A DNA stretch of 64,000 nucleotides from the human T2T-CHM13v2.0 reference genome, Homo sapiens. The notes beneath the pieces are model-generated. The model did no database searches. It was not told the origin of the DNA and saw only the letters and a list, made by a program, of their open reading frames with translations. The position numbers were made by a program, and so were the translations under genes. Location of the stretch: assembly GCF_009914755.1 (NCBI RefSeq), contig NC_060940.1, one strand, 5' to 3'. Shown in pieces: positions 19,359-41,737 of this stretch (position 1 is its first letter; the number at the start of each line of letters is the position of its first letter).

Positions 19359-19575
19359 CCCGTTTGGTGTGACGTTAACCTAACTATCCCAGCTTCCTTT
19401 TGTTTTGTGTCCACTTGGCATATTTTTTTCCCTATTCATTTCATTTTAACCTATTTGGTACTTATATTTTAGGTAGTGTTTTTTTGTAACAGCATTTAAC
19501 TAGAGTTTTAAAAAACCATATGATTTTAAACTGTCACAGTTCATTTATGTTTCTCGTGATTCTTGATATCTTTAG

Positions 19576-19935
<360 letters not shown>

Positions 19936-20094
19936 TAACTTTCCACTTTCCACTGTGTTTGGTCTGCCTTTTCAAGAAAAGTCTTGATGGGTTGAAGGTA
20001 TCTTTGGCTCCCTGACTATTTGATAATGGAGTGTGAAATTCTGCATCCAGTGGTGTGAAGAGAGCAAGAGCTCATTGACTGGCTCCCGGCCTGA

Positions 20095-20490
<396 letters not shown>

Positions 20491-20824
20491 TAACAGTACA
20501 ACTCTATAACGACAAAATGACACAAAGAAAATTTAATGAAATTAGTGAAAACCTAGAGTAGGATGTGGTGCAGATACTCATTATTTTGTAGTGGAGAATG
20601 GGAGATTAGGGCCCGGTTGGTTTTGTTCCTTTTCTTTGAAATTTTACCTTTAGAACCAGTAAAAAAAAAAAGTTTTCTTTTAAATAAAGTTATACATTTT
20701 TCTTTACACTTAGAAAAAGGATGATGAATTGGAGACTTCCGAGGAGTTATTTCTTCCACCTGGTTTGTGGTTTTTTTGGGGAGGAAGGGGCTTGGGGGAA
20801 GTGGTGCTGAAGCTTTCACTCAAA

Positions 20825-20935
20825 CACCAGGCCACGGCTCTGTGTGCCTCATTCATCTTTGTGTCCCCAGCAGGACCTAGAATAGTGCCTCACTGCACGT
20901 AGTAGCAGCTCAATAAATATTTGCTGAGCTGAAAG
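20825..20935 (+). mobile_element. L2 3' end
   Basis: gcctcactgcacgtagtagcagctcaataaatatttgctgagctgaa. Confidence 0.75.
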
Positions 20936-21600
20936 AGTCTCGTGTTCCTGCTCTTCATTCGCCAAAACTTCTGGGTGGGTCATGTTGCTGGTTTACGTTC
21001 CCTGGCGCCTTGACTCCTGAGATGCGATAATTTGAGGACCACAGAGAAGAGGGGGCGCCCTTTATCACAGCCGCCTTGTGCTTGCAAGGTGAACCACCAA
21101 GAGTGTGCTGGGGTCCCACTGCCTGCACAGTCTCTGTGGCTTCATCTGTTTTTTTCTTCATGATTGATATTTCTGTGTTGAATGCTTTTCACCGACTGTT
21201 CTTTTCAAATCCTTGCAGCTTTTAAGGTTAGTATTGGAATCAGAGAAGAATTGACACATAAATAAGTCTTGTTTGGGAAAAGAAGGTGTAAAGTCCGTGT
21301 ACTTCAACTCTGCCAGAAAAGAATGTTACTTACCCTCTAAGAATAGGTAATATCTCATTTATACTAGGTGTTCAAATTCCCAAGTGATTATTGAATCTTA
21401 GGATTGAGTGTCTCCTTGAGGACATTAGGATCACTGGAATGCTGCTCCTTCGACATGGGCACTGGATCCCACAGAGTGATGCCATAACTGTATGAGGGCT
21501 GCTGAACTAGACCAGCAAGAACTGGGTCAAGGCTGTTCCCTAGTCATGCATGTATTTGAGAGTTCCATCTTCTACTGTGGAAATTGAATTGTCATTTATT

Positions 21601-22576
21601 TGCATTCATTTTCTATTGCTCTGTAACAAATCACCACAAACTCAGGGCTTAAAACAACACCATTTATTAGCTCACAGTTCTGTAGGTCATAAGTCCAGGA
21701 TCACACGGCTGACTTTTCCCTTCAGGGTCTCACAAGGCCAAAATCAAGGCTCTGGCAGGACAACATTCTTATCTGCATACACTGGGGAAGAATTCATATC
21801 AAAGGTCATTCAGGGCTGGGCACAGTGGCTCACGCCTGTAATTCCAGCACTTTGGCAGGCTGAGGTGGGCAGATGGCTTGAGTACAGGAGTTTGAGACCA
21901 GCCTAAGCAACATAGCCAAACCCCATCTCAACAAAAAAAATACAGAAATTAGCTAGGCATGGTGGCGCATGCCTGTCATCCCGGTTACTCAGGAGGCTGA
22001 GGCGGGAGGATCGCTTGAGCCCAGGGAGGTCGAGGATGCAGTGAGCTGTGATTGCACCACTGCACTCCAGCCTGGGCGACAGAGGGAGACCCTGTCTCAA
22101 AAAAAAAGAAAAAGAAAAAAAAAGTCATTCAGGTCCTTAGCTGAATTTAGTTATTTGCAGTTGTAGGACTGAGGTGCCCATTCCTTGCTGACCATCAGCG
22201 GGGGTCCCTCTCAACTCCTTAAGCTTCCCCCTGGCCCCGACCCCTGCATTCCTTCTCACGGTGCCCCCTCCACCTTCGAGCCAGGAAAGGAGTGTCAGAT
22301 CTCCCTGTGATTTGAATCTCTCTGATTTTCTCTCCTGCCACCTGCTGGAGAAGGCGCTCTGCTTCCAGGAGGTGATGTGATGCTAATTAGACTGAGAGAG
22401 CACCGCCCCCCACCCCCGCCCCGCCCGATGATCCCCTTTCTTAAGGTCTGCTGTGGTACATGACGACATACTTGACGACATACTCAAGGGTGTGGCACCT
22501 TGTCATATTCACAGGTTTTAGGCATTGGAGGGGGGCTAGAGTGAGAGGGATGTCATTTTAGAAATTCTCCCCACAG
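21601..22576 (-). mobile_element. MLT1 (MLT1E/D-like) solo LTR interrupted by AluJ (+, 21814-22122)
   Basis: ctattgctctgtaacaaatcaccacaaactcag...cttaaaacaacac...ttgtaggactgaggt; Alu TSD gtcattcagg. Confidence 0.85.
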
Positions 22577-22596
22577 TAGAAAGACTCTCTCTAATG

Positions 22597-22730
22597 GGCC
22601 AGCCATGGTGGCTCAGACCTGTAATCCCAGCACTTTGGGAGGCCGAGGTGGGAGGATCACTTCACCTTAGGAGTTCAAGACCCCCATCGCTATAAAAAAA
22701 AATCAAAAAAATTAGCCAGGCGTGGTGGTC
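22597..22730 (+). mobile_element. Truncated AluJ with internal deletion
   Basis: Left arm jumps at gttcaagacc|cccatc; right arm stops after ~20 bp. Confidence 0.8.
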
Positions 22731-22847
22731 CGATTCCATTCTTTAAAGGAGTCGGGGAGGTGATGAGTGACTGGATTGGAAAGAATATGCAAAGTACTGG
22801 AGGTTACAGGCCCAAGAGTGATTTTGAACCTGACAGCTTGCATCTTT

Positions 22848-23150
22848 CCTTCATTCAACAGATATTTCCTGAATCCTACTGTGGGCCAGGCACACACTAG
22901 GTGCTGAGTCTCCAGAGGTTCACAAAACAAGACATGATCTCTGCCCTCATGAATGTGTAGTGACACATAGCAGTGCCATAAAGGGAACAATTAGGATGTT
23001 ATGAGAGAATGAAAGGAAATTTACTGTAGCCTGGGAGATGAGGGACATTTGGACTGAGATTTGGCCTAGGAATTTGGCCACCTGGGTGGAAAGTCCAGGA
23101 AGAGAATGCCGGGCAAGTAGATCAGCAAAGGGTCTGACTCTCCCTTGGTA
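22848..23150 (-). mobile_element. L2 3' fragment
   Basis: ttcattcaacagatatttcctgaatcctactgtgggccaggcac. Confidence 0.8.
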
Positions 23151-23275
23151 GGGGTCTAGAGAGGTATTTTGAGGGATGTCCATTGAACATATTCTTTTTG
23201 GAGCCTGCCTCCGTCCTGCTGAATTCCTGCCTTGTGATTTGTCGTGTCAGAACACTTAGAAATAATGCTCTACCC

Positions 23276-23405
23276 AGCTCATGCCTCTAATCCCAACACT
23301 TTGGGAGGCCGAGGCTGGAGGATTGCTTGAGGCCAGGAGTTTGAGACCAGCCAGGACAACATAGCAAGACTCGATCTCTAGTTAAAAAAAAAAAAAGGAA
23401 AGAAA
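23276..23405 (+). mobile_element. Alu left monomer
   Basis: Left-arm consensus plus A tail. Confidence 0.8.
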
Positions 23406-24599
23406 GAACACTCTAATATACTGTAGTCCCCCATTCATTCAAGGTCCTGTGTAGTCCTTTCTGGTCTGGAGCTATAGTAAAAGGAGGCAGTGAGTGGGCC
23501 AGATTCAAACAGGGAATGATGCCAGTAGCGAGAAAGTGAAGAGGCTTTTCTGGCGCACCTGTACAGGTTGTGCTCTGCATTCCTTGGGGGCCAGCCCCAT
23601 GGAGATTCCTCCTGTGCACAGTGGAGGTTGATGGGGATGCTCATCTCCTAAGCGGCAACAGTGTCCTATGCACTCATAATTCAGGGTCAGGGGATCTCAG
23701 GTCATAGGACAAATCACAGGCTGCTGTCTCTGTTCAGGGTACCTCAAGCCATCAATGGCCACGTTGAGCAGGTGAACACTTCCCCTCTGAACTCTCTAGC
23801 TCTCTTTGAAGTTTGGGAGGGCATTTGAGCACTCTTCTCAGCTAAGCCCAACATACGGCCTGGAAGTAGATTGGACAAGTCACCATTTACTATACCTTCT
23901 CTCTCAAGGTGAGTTTTTTTAGTCTAATGAAATTGCCACCTTTGAGAAGGTTGCTCTGTACTCTAGGGTGCGCAAAAGGAAATTGTTTGTCTTCCGGAAG
24001 TCTTTCTGTAATTTAGAATGGACTTGGCAGCGATTTTATTTTTACCTTCCCTGTCATTTGTGAGGCTGGCAGTCCAGAGGTAGGGTGTGGAATGGAGCCG
24101 TAAATTGCGCTTGCAGTGACCAGAAGGGGCCCATTTTAACTCTAATTGTGCCTTTCCCGGTTCACTTCTCCTTTTACCCGCCCTCTCCTTTTTTTTTTTT
24201 TTTCTAATCCACATTTGAGTGGGGAGGAAGAATTGAGGGGGGTGCAGGTGGGAGTAGGTTTATTTATTGGCGCTTCTCTGGGTGGTGGACACTGTTTCTT
24301 TTCCCATTACGGCTTCCTTTTTTATTTTTTCATGCTTCTATTTTAAGTGCCTGTTTCTTTCTGGTTCTGTCTTGCTGGAAACTGGCCCAGCTCCACTGAA
24401 TTTTTTTTTCCATGCAGCTATTAAAAGACAATGACCAGTTAAGAGTGTGCTCAGAGGAAGGACAGACTTGAGGTGGGGAGCCCTCTTGGTTCTAGTAATC
24501 CTAGGCAAATACCGCTTACCCGGATTGGAATGTGAGAGGAGTTTTATTAGGTAATTTTACTTTTTGTGCCTGTTTTATAGGAGGAAAATCAATAATCAG

Positions 24600-25093
<494 letters not shown>

Positions 25094-25209
25094 AGTAATC
25101 AGTTTTTATACCTTGAAACTTCTCTTTTGCTGAACTTGAATACCAGTGGGCCTGAATCTGGGGTCAATGAACCTCCCTTTCATATTCTGGGCCTCTTTTA
25201 CCAAGATAG

Positions 25210-25569
<360 letters not shown>

Positions 25570-25774
25570 TAGCCATGAATTCTCGGCATTTGGGAGAGAT
25601 ATGTCCCTAGTCTTTATAGAATCCTACATGTATTAATTTAGAAATGTTTGTAGGGTCTTGAATTTTGCCTGAATCACATTCCCATCCACATTCTTGCTGT
25701 TTTTTTGACCATACCCTCACGCCATACCTGCCTTCTACAACTTTTGCTCACTTTTACATTTTCTCCACAAATGG

Positions 25775-28785
<3,011 letters not shown>

Positions 28786-28814
28786 AAATGCTTTTTAAAA
28801 AAAGGTTTCACATT

Positions 28815-28865
<51 letters not shown>

Positions 28866-29350
28866 TGGAGACGGAGTCTTCCTACATTGCCTGGGCCAGT
28901 CTCAATTGATCCTCCTGCCTCAGCCTCCCAGAGTGCTGGGATTACAGGCATGAGCCACTGCACCTAGCCTCATTTTATTAGATATTTTTGCTTTCTACAA
29001 ATTTCTTCCCTATTTCCCCCTCTCCCTAGCTCCTTGCAACCATCATCCCGCTTTCTCACTCAATTAGTTTGGCTACTCCAGGTAACATTTAAATGGAACC
29101 ACACAGGATTTGTCTTTTTGCCACGGGCTTCTTTCACTTAGCAGAATGTCCTCGAGGTTCATCCATGTGGTAGCCTGTGTCAAAATTTCCTTCCTTTTTA
29201 AGGTTGAGTAATACTCATATGTATGCATATACCATACTTTATCCATTTGTCGAGGATGGGTTGCTTCTACCTCTTGGCTATTGTGAATAATGCTGTTGTC
29301 TACCTGCGTGTGCAAATATCTCTCCTGAGGTCTTGCTTTCAGTTCCGTAT

Positions 29351-29393
<43 letters not shown>

Positions 29394-29678
29394 TTTTTGA
29401 GACGGAGTCTCGCTCTGTCGCCCAGGCTGGAATGCAGTGGTGCGATCTTGGCTCACTGAAACCTCCGCCTCCTGGATTCGAGTGATTCTTCTGCCTCAGG
29501 CTCCTGAGTAGCTGGGACTACAGACATGCGCCACCAGGCCTGGCTAATTTTTGTTTTTAGTAGAGTTGGGGTTTTGCCATGTTGGCCAGGCTGGTCTCGA
29601 ACTCCTGACCTCAGGTGATCCACCTGCCTCAGCCTCCTGAAGTGCTGGGATTATAGGCATGAGCCACTACACCTGGCC
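28815..29678 (-). mobile_element. Alu monomer with (TTTA)n (28815-28969), L1MB fragment (~28990-29345), AluS with (TTTA)n (29348-29678)
   Basis: Consensus similarity; ORF 29073-29315 gives an L1 C-terminal-like peptide (EYYSTLKRKEILTQATTWMNLEDI). Confidence 0.85.
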
Positions 29679-31188
29679 AAGGCTTTTTTTTTTTTTTTTT
29701 AAACCAAACAAACAAAATCCTGTTTTGTTTAATTACTCCACATGATCTGTTGCAAAGGTGACAATGGTCAGCGAGGCTGCACTGAGGTAACACTGTCACG
29801 TGGTCAGCCAGGCTCACTCACCAGCAGGTGGCTTCCCCAAAGCAGCATTGTGTGCTATGATAGAAATTTGTGTCTCAGCAGAATTACAAATCACAGCATT
29901 TCCACTAAGGTGGAAGCTCCTTGAGGTCAGGGACTCTGTTTTATCTCTAGAATGGGGCCTAACACTCAGAAAAGGATGATTGAGTACATTTCAGCGGCCC
30001 TCATGAAGGGCGAGGCCAGGTGTCCCATGACACCCAAGGCTCTGGCTGTCAGGGTGTAGCTGAGGATGGAGGCCAGGGCTTTGACCATCAAAGCTTAAAT
30101 GCCAAGTGTCAGTGAGCAGCTCTGTCCTGGGGACCTCATCTGTGTCAGAACCACTTTGGGGAGCGTGGGTCCTGGTCGTGGCTGGCCTGCCTTCAGGAGG
30201 CCTCAGTTCTTGAGAGAGGACCTTGAGTGAGGACACACCGCATCCTGAGAAGGGCGAGCTACAAAGAGAGCTGAATTTCTGTAATGAGTTGACTTAAAAC
30301 CATTTGTGGAGTTTGGCCTGACTGGCACTGCCATTCTAACTGCTTTCTGCCTGCCCTGGGGGCTGTATAACTCGTCCCCTCCCCCTAAATGGTGAGGGGG
30401 CTTGGGCCAAGGTTGAAGTCATGGGCAGAGCCGAGCCTGGCTGTCTCAGCCATCACCCTGCATTTGTCTGGGTGCTATTTTGGCCCACGATGTGTGGTTT
30501 CAGCATCTGGGCCAGCTTTTCATTACAATATGATCCCATCTTTTATGGGTTGAGTGAGTTCTCCAAGAGAGGAAACTGCCAAAGAGAGGAGTTGCCTCAG
30601 ATGTTGAGGCCTTTTCTTCCTTTAAGCATCTTATTTTAAAGGTAACACAAGAGCCAAAAACTGGAAACTCCAGATTTAGGGCAAGGGGAGAATCTGGGGA
30701 GAGGGGATGTGGTGTTTGTGTGTGTGTTGGGGGGTGGTGGCTGGCCACGGGCAGGGAGGTGGCAGTTCATGCAAAGTGATCCCAGCTGCCCCTAGCTTAG
30801 GGCTGATCCCGCCCTGCCCAGCCCATCATTCAGGGTAAGCCGCTATCATTAGTGGTTAAGTGTTTCTGAAAGTATTCTCTCTCCATGCTGACCACATGCC
30901 CTTTCTGGGAAGGGAGGGCAGGGCCAGGGAGTAATGGGACCCACCCTATTGTCATGCCCAGCTGCTCTGCAGAGGGACAGGGAACCCGGGGCTGGAGTTG
31001 ATCATGGACATGTCTGTCTGAGGGGTTGACAGTGCACGTTTTGCAGGTCCTGCAGCTCCCTGAGGGGTCCAGCTTGCTCCTGGGGGCTGCAAGTTCCAAA
31101 TCAGAGAGGCTTTTTGTCCTAGTAAAGGGATCCTTGGCTGAAACAAACCTTCTATTAACCAATTTTCTCCCTCAAGCTCTCTGCCCTC

Positions 31189-31203
31189 AACACATACACA
31201 TGT

Positions 31204-31240
<37 letters not shown>

Positions 31241-31273
31241 TACACACACAGATATACACACATACACACACAC
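31189..31273. repeat. Imperfect (CA)n microsatellite
   Basis: (CA) core at 31205-31236 with degenerate flanks. Confidence 0.95.
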
Positions 31274-31431
31274 CAGCTTGCTGAGGGCTGCCTGCCTTTC
31301 CCTTTGGAACTCATTTGTGCTCATTCCACTTTTGAGGAGGAGCTGTGGTGAAATGCTTAAGGTGAACATTTCTTCCCATGAAGTGGGAACTTTGAAATAT
31401 TCATCTTTGACTGAGGTGTGGTTGACAGCTT

Positions 31432-32187
<756 letters not shown>

Positions 32188-32589
32188 AAAAAGTCATGTT
32201 TTTTTCCTTACTCACAAGTATACAAGCTCAATGAAGGAAGCTGGAAAAATCTAGAAGAGCACAAAAGGGCTTCTTTATTCCCAATATCCAAAGATAATGA
32301 CGGTTAAGATTTTGGTTTATGTTCATCTTGTCAAATTCTGTTTCTTACTTTAGAGAAGGTAGCTGGTCTGGGTGGTTCATATCCCTCAAGGAGCTTCCTG
32401 TTGACTGCCTCAACACACTGGACCAAAGACTCCCAGCAGGGTTGTTCTGCTGGAGGTGGATCCTCCCAATGGGGAACTTTCTATTATAGCTCTTAATTTC
32501 ACCATTGTCCAAATGACCAACAAAAAAATAGCCCAAGAGGAATTTAGCTTGAGTTCAGGCTTCCTGTCCCATCTTCTGACCTAAGAGCC

Positions 32590-32800
32590 TAGGCTCTTGA
32601 CATTAAACTGCCTGTACATGAATCTTTGCATCATTTGGCTTACTTTCTGTAGAGCTTCTCTGTGTCTGTTTGCTTATCTGTAAAGCGGGGATAATAATAT
32701 TAATCTACCTTTAGGGTTCCCATGTTAAATGAGAACATATATGTAAATGCATAGCACACACAGTGCCTGGAACATAATGTTAGAGTTCAGTGAATATTAT
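32590..32800 (+). mobile_element. MIR
   Basis: ttctctgtgtctgtttgcttatctgtaaagcggggataataat...cagtgcctggaacata. Confidence 0.75.
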
Positions 32801-32839
32801 ATACTTCTGTAGCCATTATTATTACCTTTATTTATTTAT

Positions 32840-33255
<416 letters not shown>

Positions 33256-33497
33256 TGAAACATCTCACAGTTGCAAAGTAGTAGATGCTTACTAAGTAGT
33301 AGAAGAGCCTCGTTTGGTGAAACAGATGAACCGAAGGACAGGGAGGCTTAGACATTTTCACTGAGTGGGCAAAGTCAAGCTGCAAAAAGAACTTGAGAGC
33401 ACATGCTGCCTGTTGCCTTGTGTTCTCTGAAGATGTCTGATAGGTTTTCTGCTGCTAAATTCCACACTTTTCTTTGTGATTTCTGCATTGCTTCTCA

Positions 33498-33852
<355 letters not shown>

Positions 33853-34346
33853 GTGTCAACATATGCATTGACTAAAAGTTGTTTAATGCCCCTTGACTTT
33901 TATTGCCAAGGGAATCATCTTTCTAGCTATAGAGAAAATTGCTTTGGATAAGTTTTGAGCTCTTCTTGCCTAATGGGGGAAATATTTCATCTGAGCCTGT
34001 CCAGTGATTCTTGTTTATTTGTAACATTTGAGCCCAATAAAAATAATGTGATGGTCACAGGATATTTTGCCAATTATTTCAGATGTAGGGGCAATTCACT
34101 CTGGATTTGTTTACTTGAAGTGGAAAAGTTTACACAAAGTTACCTTCTGAGCTTTTACCAAAAAGGAAACTTCCCTGGGTCTCTCTGCTTGGAACCAGCT
34201 TCTGTTTAGTCCAAAACTAGAGGGGCTATTAAAGGTCTTGTTTCCAATAAATGGCAGGAGAAGGGAATATGATGACTTAGGTAGGAAACACTTCTGTCCT
34301 TTTCACAGTGACTTATGTCTGTCTGCTTTCTACTTTGAACCCCCAG

Positions 34347-34474
34347 GACGCACAGACATTCGGGTGCTTCAGCCAGAACAACCCCAGCAACCGGCGAGCA
34401 AAGCCCCGGTGCTCGGAGCCGGCACCGCCAGCCCGTCAAGAACTCAGGCCACAGTGGCTTGGCCAATGGCACAG
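34347..34474 (+). CDS. WWP2: WWP2 internal coding exon (exon 7, 128 nt, phase 2-1), THRHSGASARTTPATGEQSPGARSRHRQPVKNSGHSGLANGT
   Basis: Acceptor tactttgaacccccAG|G, donor ACAG|GTGAGT; CpG-rich relative to the intron. The correct frame is not listed in the ORF track and was translated by hand; it matches recalled WWP2. Confidence 0.96.
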
Positions 34475-34753
34475 GTGAGTGATGGCACCGCACGCCAGCC
34501 TGCACTGAAGCTGTGGGCTCTCACCCGTTCTAACGTGGACACGGGATCCTGCCCACTGTGTCAGAATAGAGGGTGGGCGTCAGAAGGCTCTAGGACTAAA
34601 CTGGATTTGAATCCATCAGTCTTTCTACTGACCCATCTTCTTCTCTCTCTGGCATATTCTGTACAGCCAAGGTTATTCTCCATATGACTGCGCTCTTCTA
34701 AAATACTCATTTGCACAGAAATAAAAAGTCTTGTCTTTCTATAAAGACAATAA

Positions 34754-35057
<304 letters not shown>

Positions 35058-37417
35058 TTTCTATTCATTTCTTATCTGCATTGGATTTCATGTTGGGGAG
35101 GATATCTCATTTATACATAGCATATTTTTTATTTCCTTCACGTAAGGGAATTATCAGACTAAGGAAATGTAGGACTAAGTATTGTTGCTAAGAGCTGAGT
35201 CAGATGATGGCACCACTGGTGAATGGGTTGAGATGCTGACTGGGGCAGAGCCAGGTAACTACTTGGGGGTGTGCAGGGGCCATCCCGATGGGGGCCCCAT
35301 TTGAGAGGAGACAGTGCCGTCCACGTGCGCATGGAACTTCCCCACACTTGGCTCTGCTTCCCCGTAAGTGAGACGGGAAGGACCTATTTCAAAACAACTC
35401 ATTTTCCGTCCTGCTCTCCCTCTCTCTCATCAGGACAGAGTCAAAAAGGAAAAAGAAAAAACAAACCCATTCATTTCTATAAACTTCTCAAAGATTGTCA
35501 AATCTTTAGAGACTGCTGGTCGTTTGGTAGTTTGTCTTCATTTCGGGCAGTTGGGCTGGGATGTAGATGTTTCGCTTGGATGAATTGTAGGTAGAGGAAT
35601 GCAGGTGTTGAAATTTGGTAAGTGACGCTGAGATAGTTTTCTAGTGCTCGTGACAGCAGAGGTGTGGCGTAAAGGCCAGGAGACCCAGAGCAGCATGGCT
35701 TTTCACGGAAGTGTTGTTGTGGCATTGTTAAGTGACCTCTGTGACAAACTTACTGAGTGGAAGAAATTGATTTGGGTTCCTTTGCAATACCCTTCAGTTC
35801 TGTGGCAGCACCATATGGGGGCTTCAGAGTCCCCGTGGCTGCTGCTGTTGCCTGGGTACCCTGTCATCTTCTGTGGACCACAAGATGGAGTGGTCTGTGT
35901 CCTACAAAGCGCACTGTGAGTGCAGTGGCCTGACCTCCTCCCTGAAGTTTGGGAGCTGCCTGAAGGACTTGAGTGAACTGACTAGCCCACCCTGAGCCTT
36001 GGGGAAGAGGAGGAGCTGCAGGTGGGGAGTCCCAGGGCTGCCGTCTCAGCTGCCTGGCGCCCCTGTGCCACCCACTGTATCCTTGTGCTGGAACATCCGG
36101 TGGTAGCTGAGCCTGGCCTTCCTGTCTGTGTGAAGGAGACAGCAAAGTGATGGCCGTGAGCCATAGTATAGAGAACCATAGGCAGCTCTGCGAGCATTTT
36201 TCTCTTAGAAAACTCAGTGGCTTGTGGAGGAGGGCAGTGTTTACAAATGGGGATGGGGGACTGGCTTTTAGGAACCAGCTGATTCCCAGGTGCCATGGCA
36301 GAGCTACTAGCAGCTTTGTTCTGCCAGATGCCTGTGTTATTGAGATCATGGTTTCCCGCAGCTACCTCTGCTTTTCCTATAAAAACTATTGGTGAATTGA
36401 TTTTCTTTGGTGATGGTCCTTGAGTCACTCTTGGACATTTCAATAGAGCTATATTTCCCCTACATTTATTTTTAGGTACCATTACTTATTGTCCTTATCT
36501 CTAGGAACCTTATGTTCTAGCAGACAAGGCAGGTGCCAGCCGTGTCTTCAAAAGCCAGGCGTCTCTAACCTTGGACTGCCTTGGAAGTGTTTCATGGTGG
36601 TGTCTCTCAGTGCCCAAACCTGTTCCTAAGATCCATCTCTGAAGGGCAGTTGTATTTTAGGGATTTCTGCCCACTCCAGTGCTGAGGGCTTGATGTCCAT
36701 CTCTCCCCTTTCTGCTGTGATGGTGGTTCACCTTTACCTCACAGGCAGCCTGTACTTTATATAACGTCTGCCCCAAGGGTACAGAACAGTGTCACCTTTG
36801 CCGTGGGGAGCAGGCAGAAGCTCCCCTCTTCAGCAGCGCAGGACCAGAGGGGGGTCGAGGGTGTGAATGAGGACATCTTCATCCCTCGGGCTGCTGCTGT
36901 GAGAATTCTGAGGACCAGTTCCAAGATGGTGGTGGTGGGGAGCTCTGCCTCCTGGAAGAGTTTCCACAGACTTGCGAGATTTATTTAGCAGCCTTTTTTG
37001 GCTGCGCACTGCAGTTATGCATGAAAAAGAAATTTGAGGCCAAACCGGAGCTGGGTTCCAGGTGGTTTTTTTATGTTGTCACAACCATAAAGTATCCATT
37101 TTTATAAAACAAGAGTGAATGGCAGCCCGTCTGTATAAATATTATATTTCTAAGTTTTAGAAGTGGTGGAATCAAGAAATAGACGAATGGCATAGCCCTT
37201 CATTGAGACTTGTATGGGATGATTTACTTGCTAATTCTTTATTGAAGACTTTACCCCCAAATTTTACATATTTTACTTCTTCCCTAAATGTAATTTCCAT
37301 ACACATCAGTCAGAAGTTGCATCAGCCGTGGTCAGATTCCGATTCTTCATCTTTAATGCGTTTAAGGCCCAGTGACTCGCTAGGTCTTAGTTTTCTCATT
37401 TATAAAATTAGGGCAAA

Positions 37418-40950
<3,533 letters not shown>

Positions 40951-41061
40951 TATATAAAACATGCAGAGTGTTTGGCAGGGTGCCTGGCACAGAGCTTTTA
41001 TCTTTATGAATAATTTCATGGAGTTTTAATTATGCAGCATGAATATATACATTTTTCACTT

Positions 41062-41205
41062 CATTTTTCTTTTTTAAAATTTTCTTATAGAATGGGGGTC
41101 TCATTTTGTTGCCCAGGCCGGTCTCCAACTCCTGGCTTGGATCGATCCTCTTGTCTCGGCCTTCCAAAGTGTTGGGATTGCAGACGTGAGCCACTGCACC
41201 CAGCC
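41062..41205 (-). mobile_element. Alu left monomer (FLAM_C-like)
   Basis: Left arm only with T-rich tail. Confidence 0.8.
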
Positions 41206-41737
41206 TGTTTTTATACATGGTTTCATGTATCTATGTGCTCTTCTTTGCTTTTTAAAAGTGACCTCATACTATTTTGCAGTTAATGTTCCATAATTCATCT
41301 AACCATTCCTTAATTCTTGTGTATTTCCCTGTTACAAAATTCTGCTGTAAATACCTGTATATAGCTTTGTTTCTTGAGTGAAATTCTTAAGACAAAGGAT
41401 GTGAATTTTAAAAATGAGCTCTAGTGTGTATTAGCAGACCGTCTTTCTAAGAGGATCAATCATATATCCAAAGTAGTATAAAATATTCATAAAGTGGTAT
41501 ATGAGGTTTATTTTTTCTGCAGCCTTGTAAATATCGGTTTATAATTTTTTGCTAATAGTATTAAGTGCCACCTCATTGGTTAAAAAGTTTAACCTCGTTG
41601 CGTTTTCTCATTTACTAGTTGCTTAACTATTTCTTTTTTCTTGTGTCTCTTTTCATAGTATTTGATCATTTGTCCTTCCGAGATTTAGAAGTTTATTTTA
41701 GAGGTTTATATAAGTTCTTAGTATATTCTAGGTACAA

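Noticed and set aside
21045-21060. CTCF-like AGGGGGCGCC
   Set aside because: Only the 3' part matches; the 5' CCAS(C/T) portion is agaag. Unsupported without ChIP.
34238-34687. 149-aa ORF over exon 7
   Set aside because: Wrong frame; splice phases with exons 6 and 8 require the THRHSGAS frame.
35864-36482. Overlapping 161- and 166-aa minus-strand ORFs in unique sequence
   Set aside because: No recognisable domain or splice context; lengths compatible with chance in moderately GC-rich DNA.
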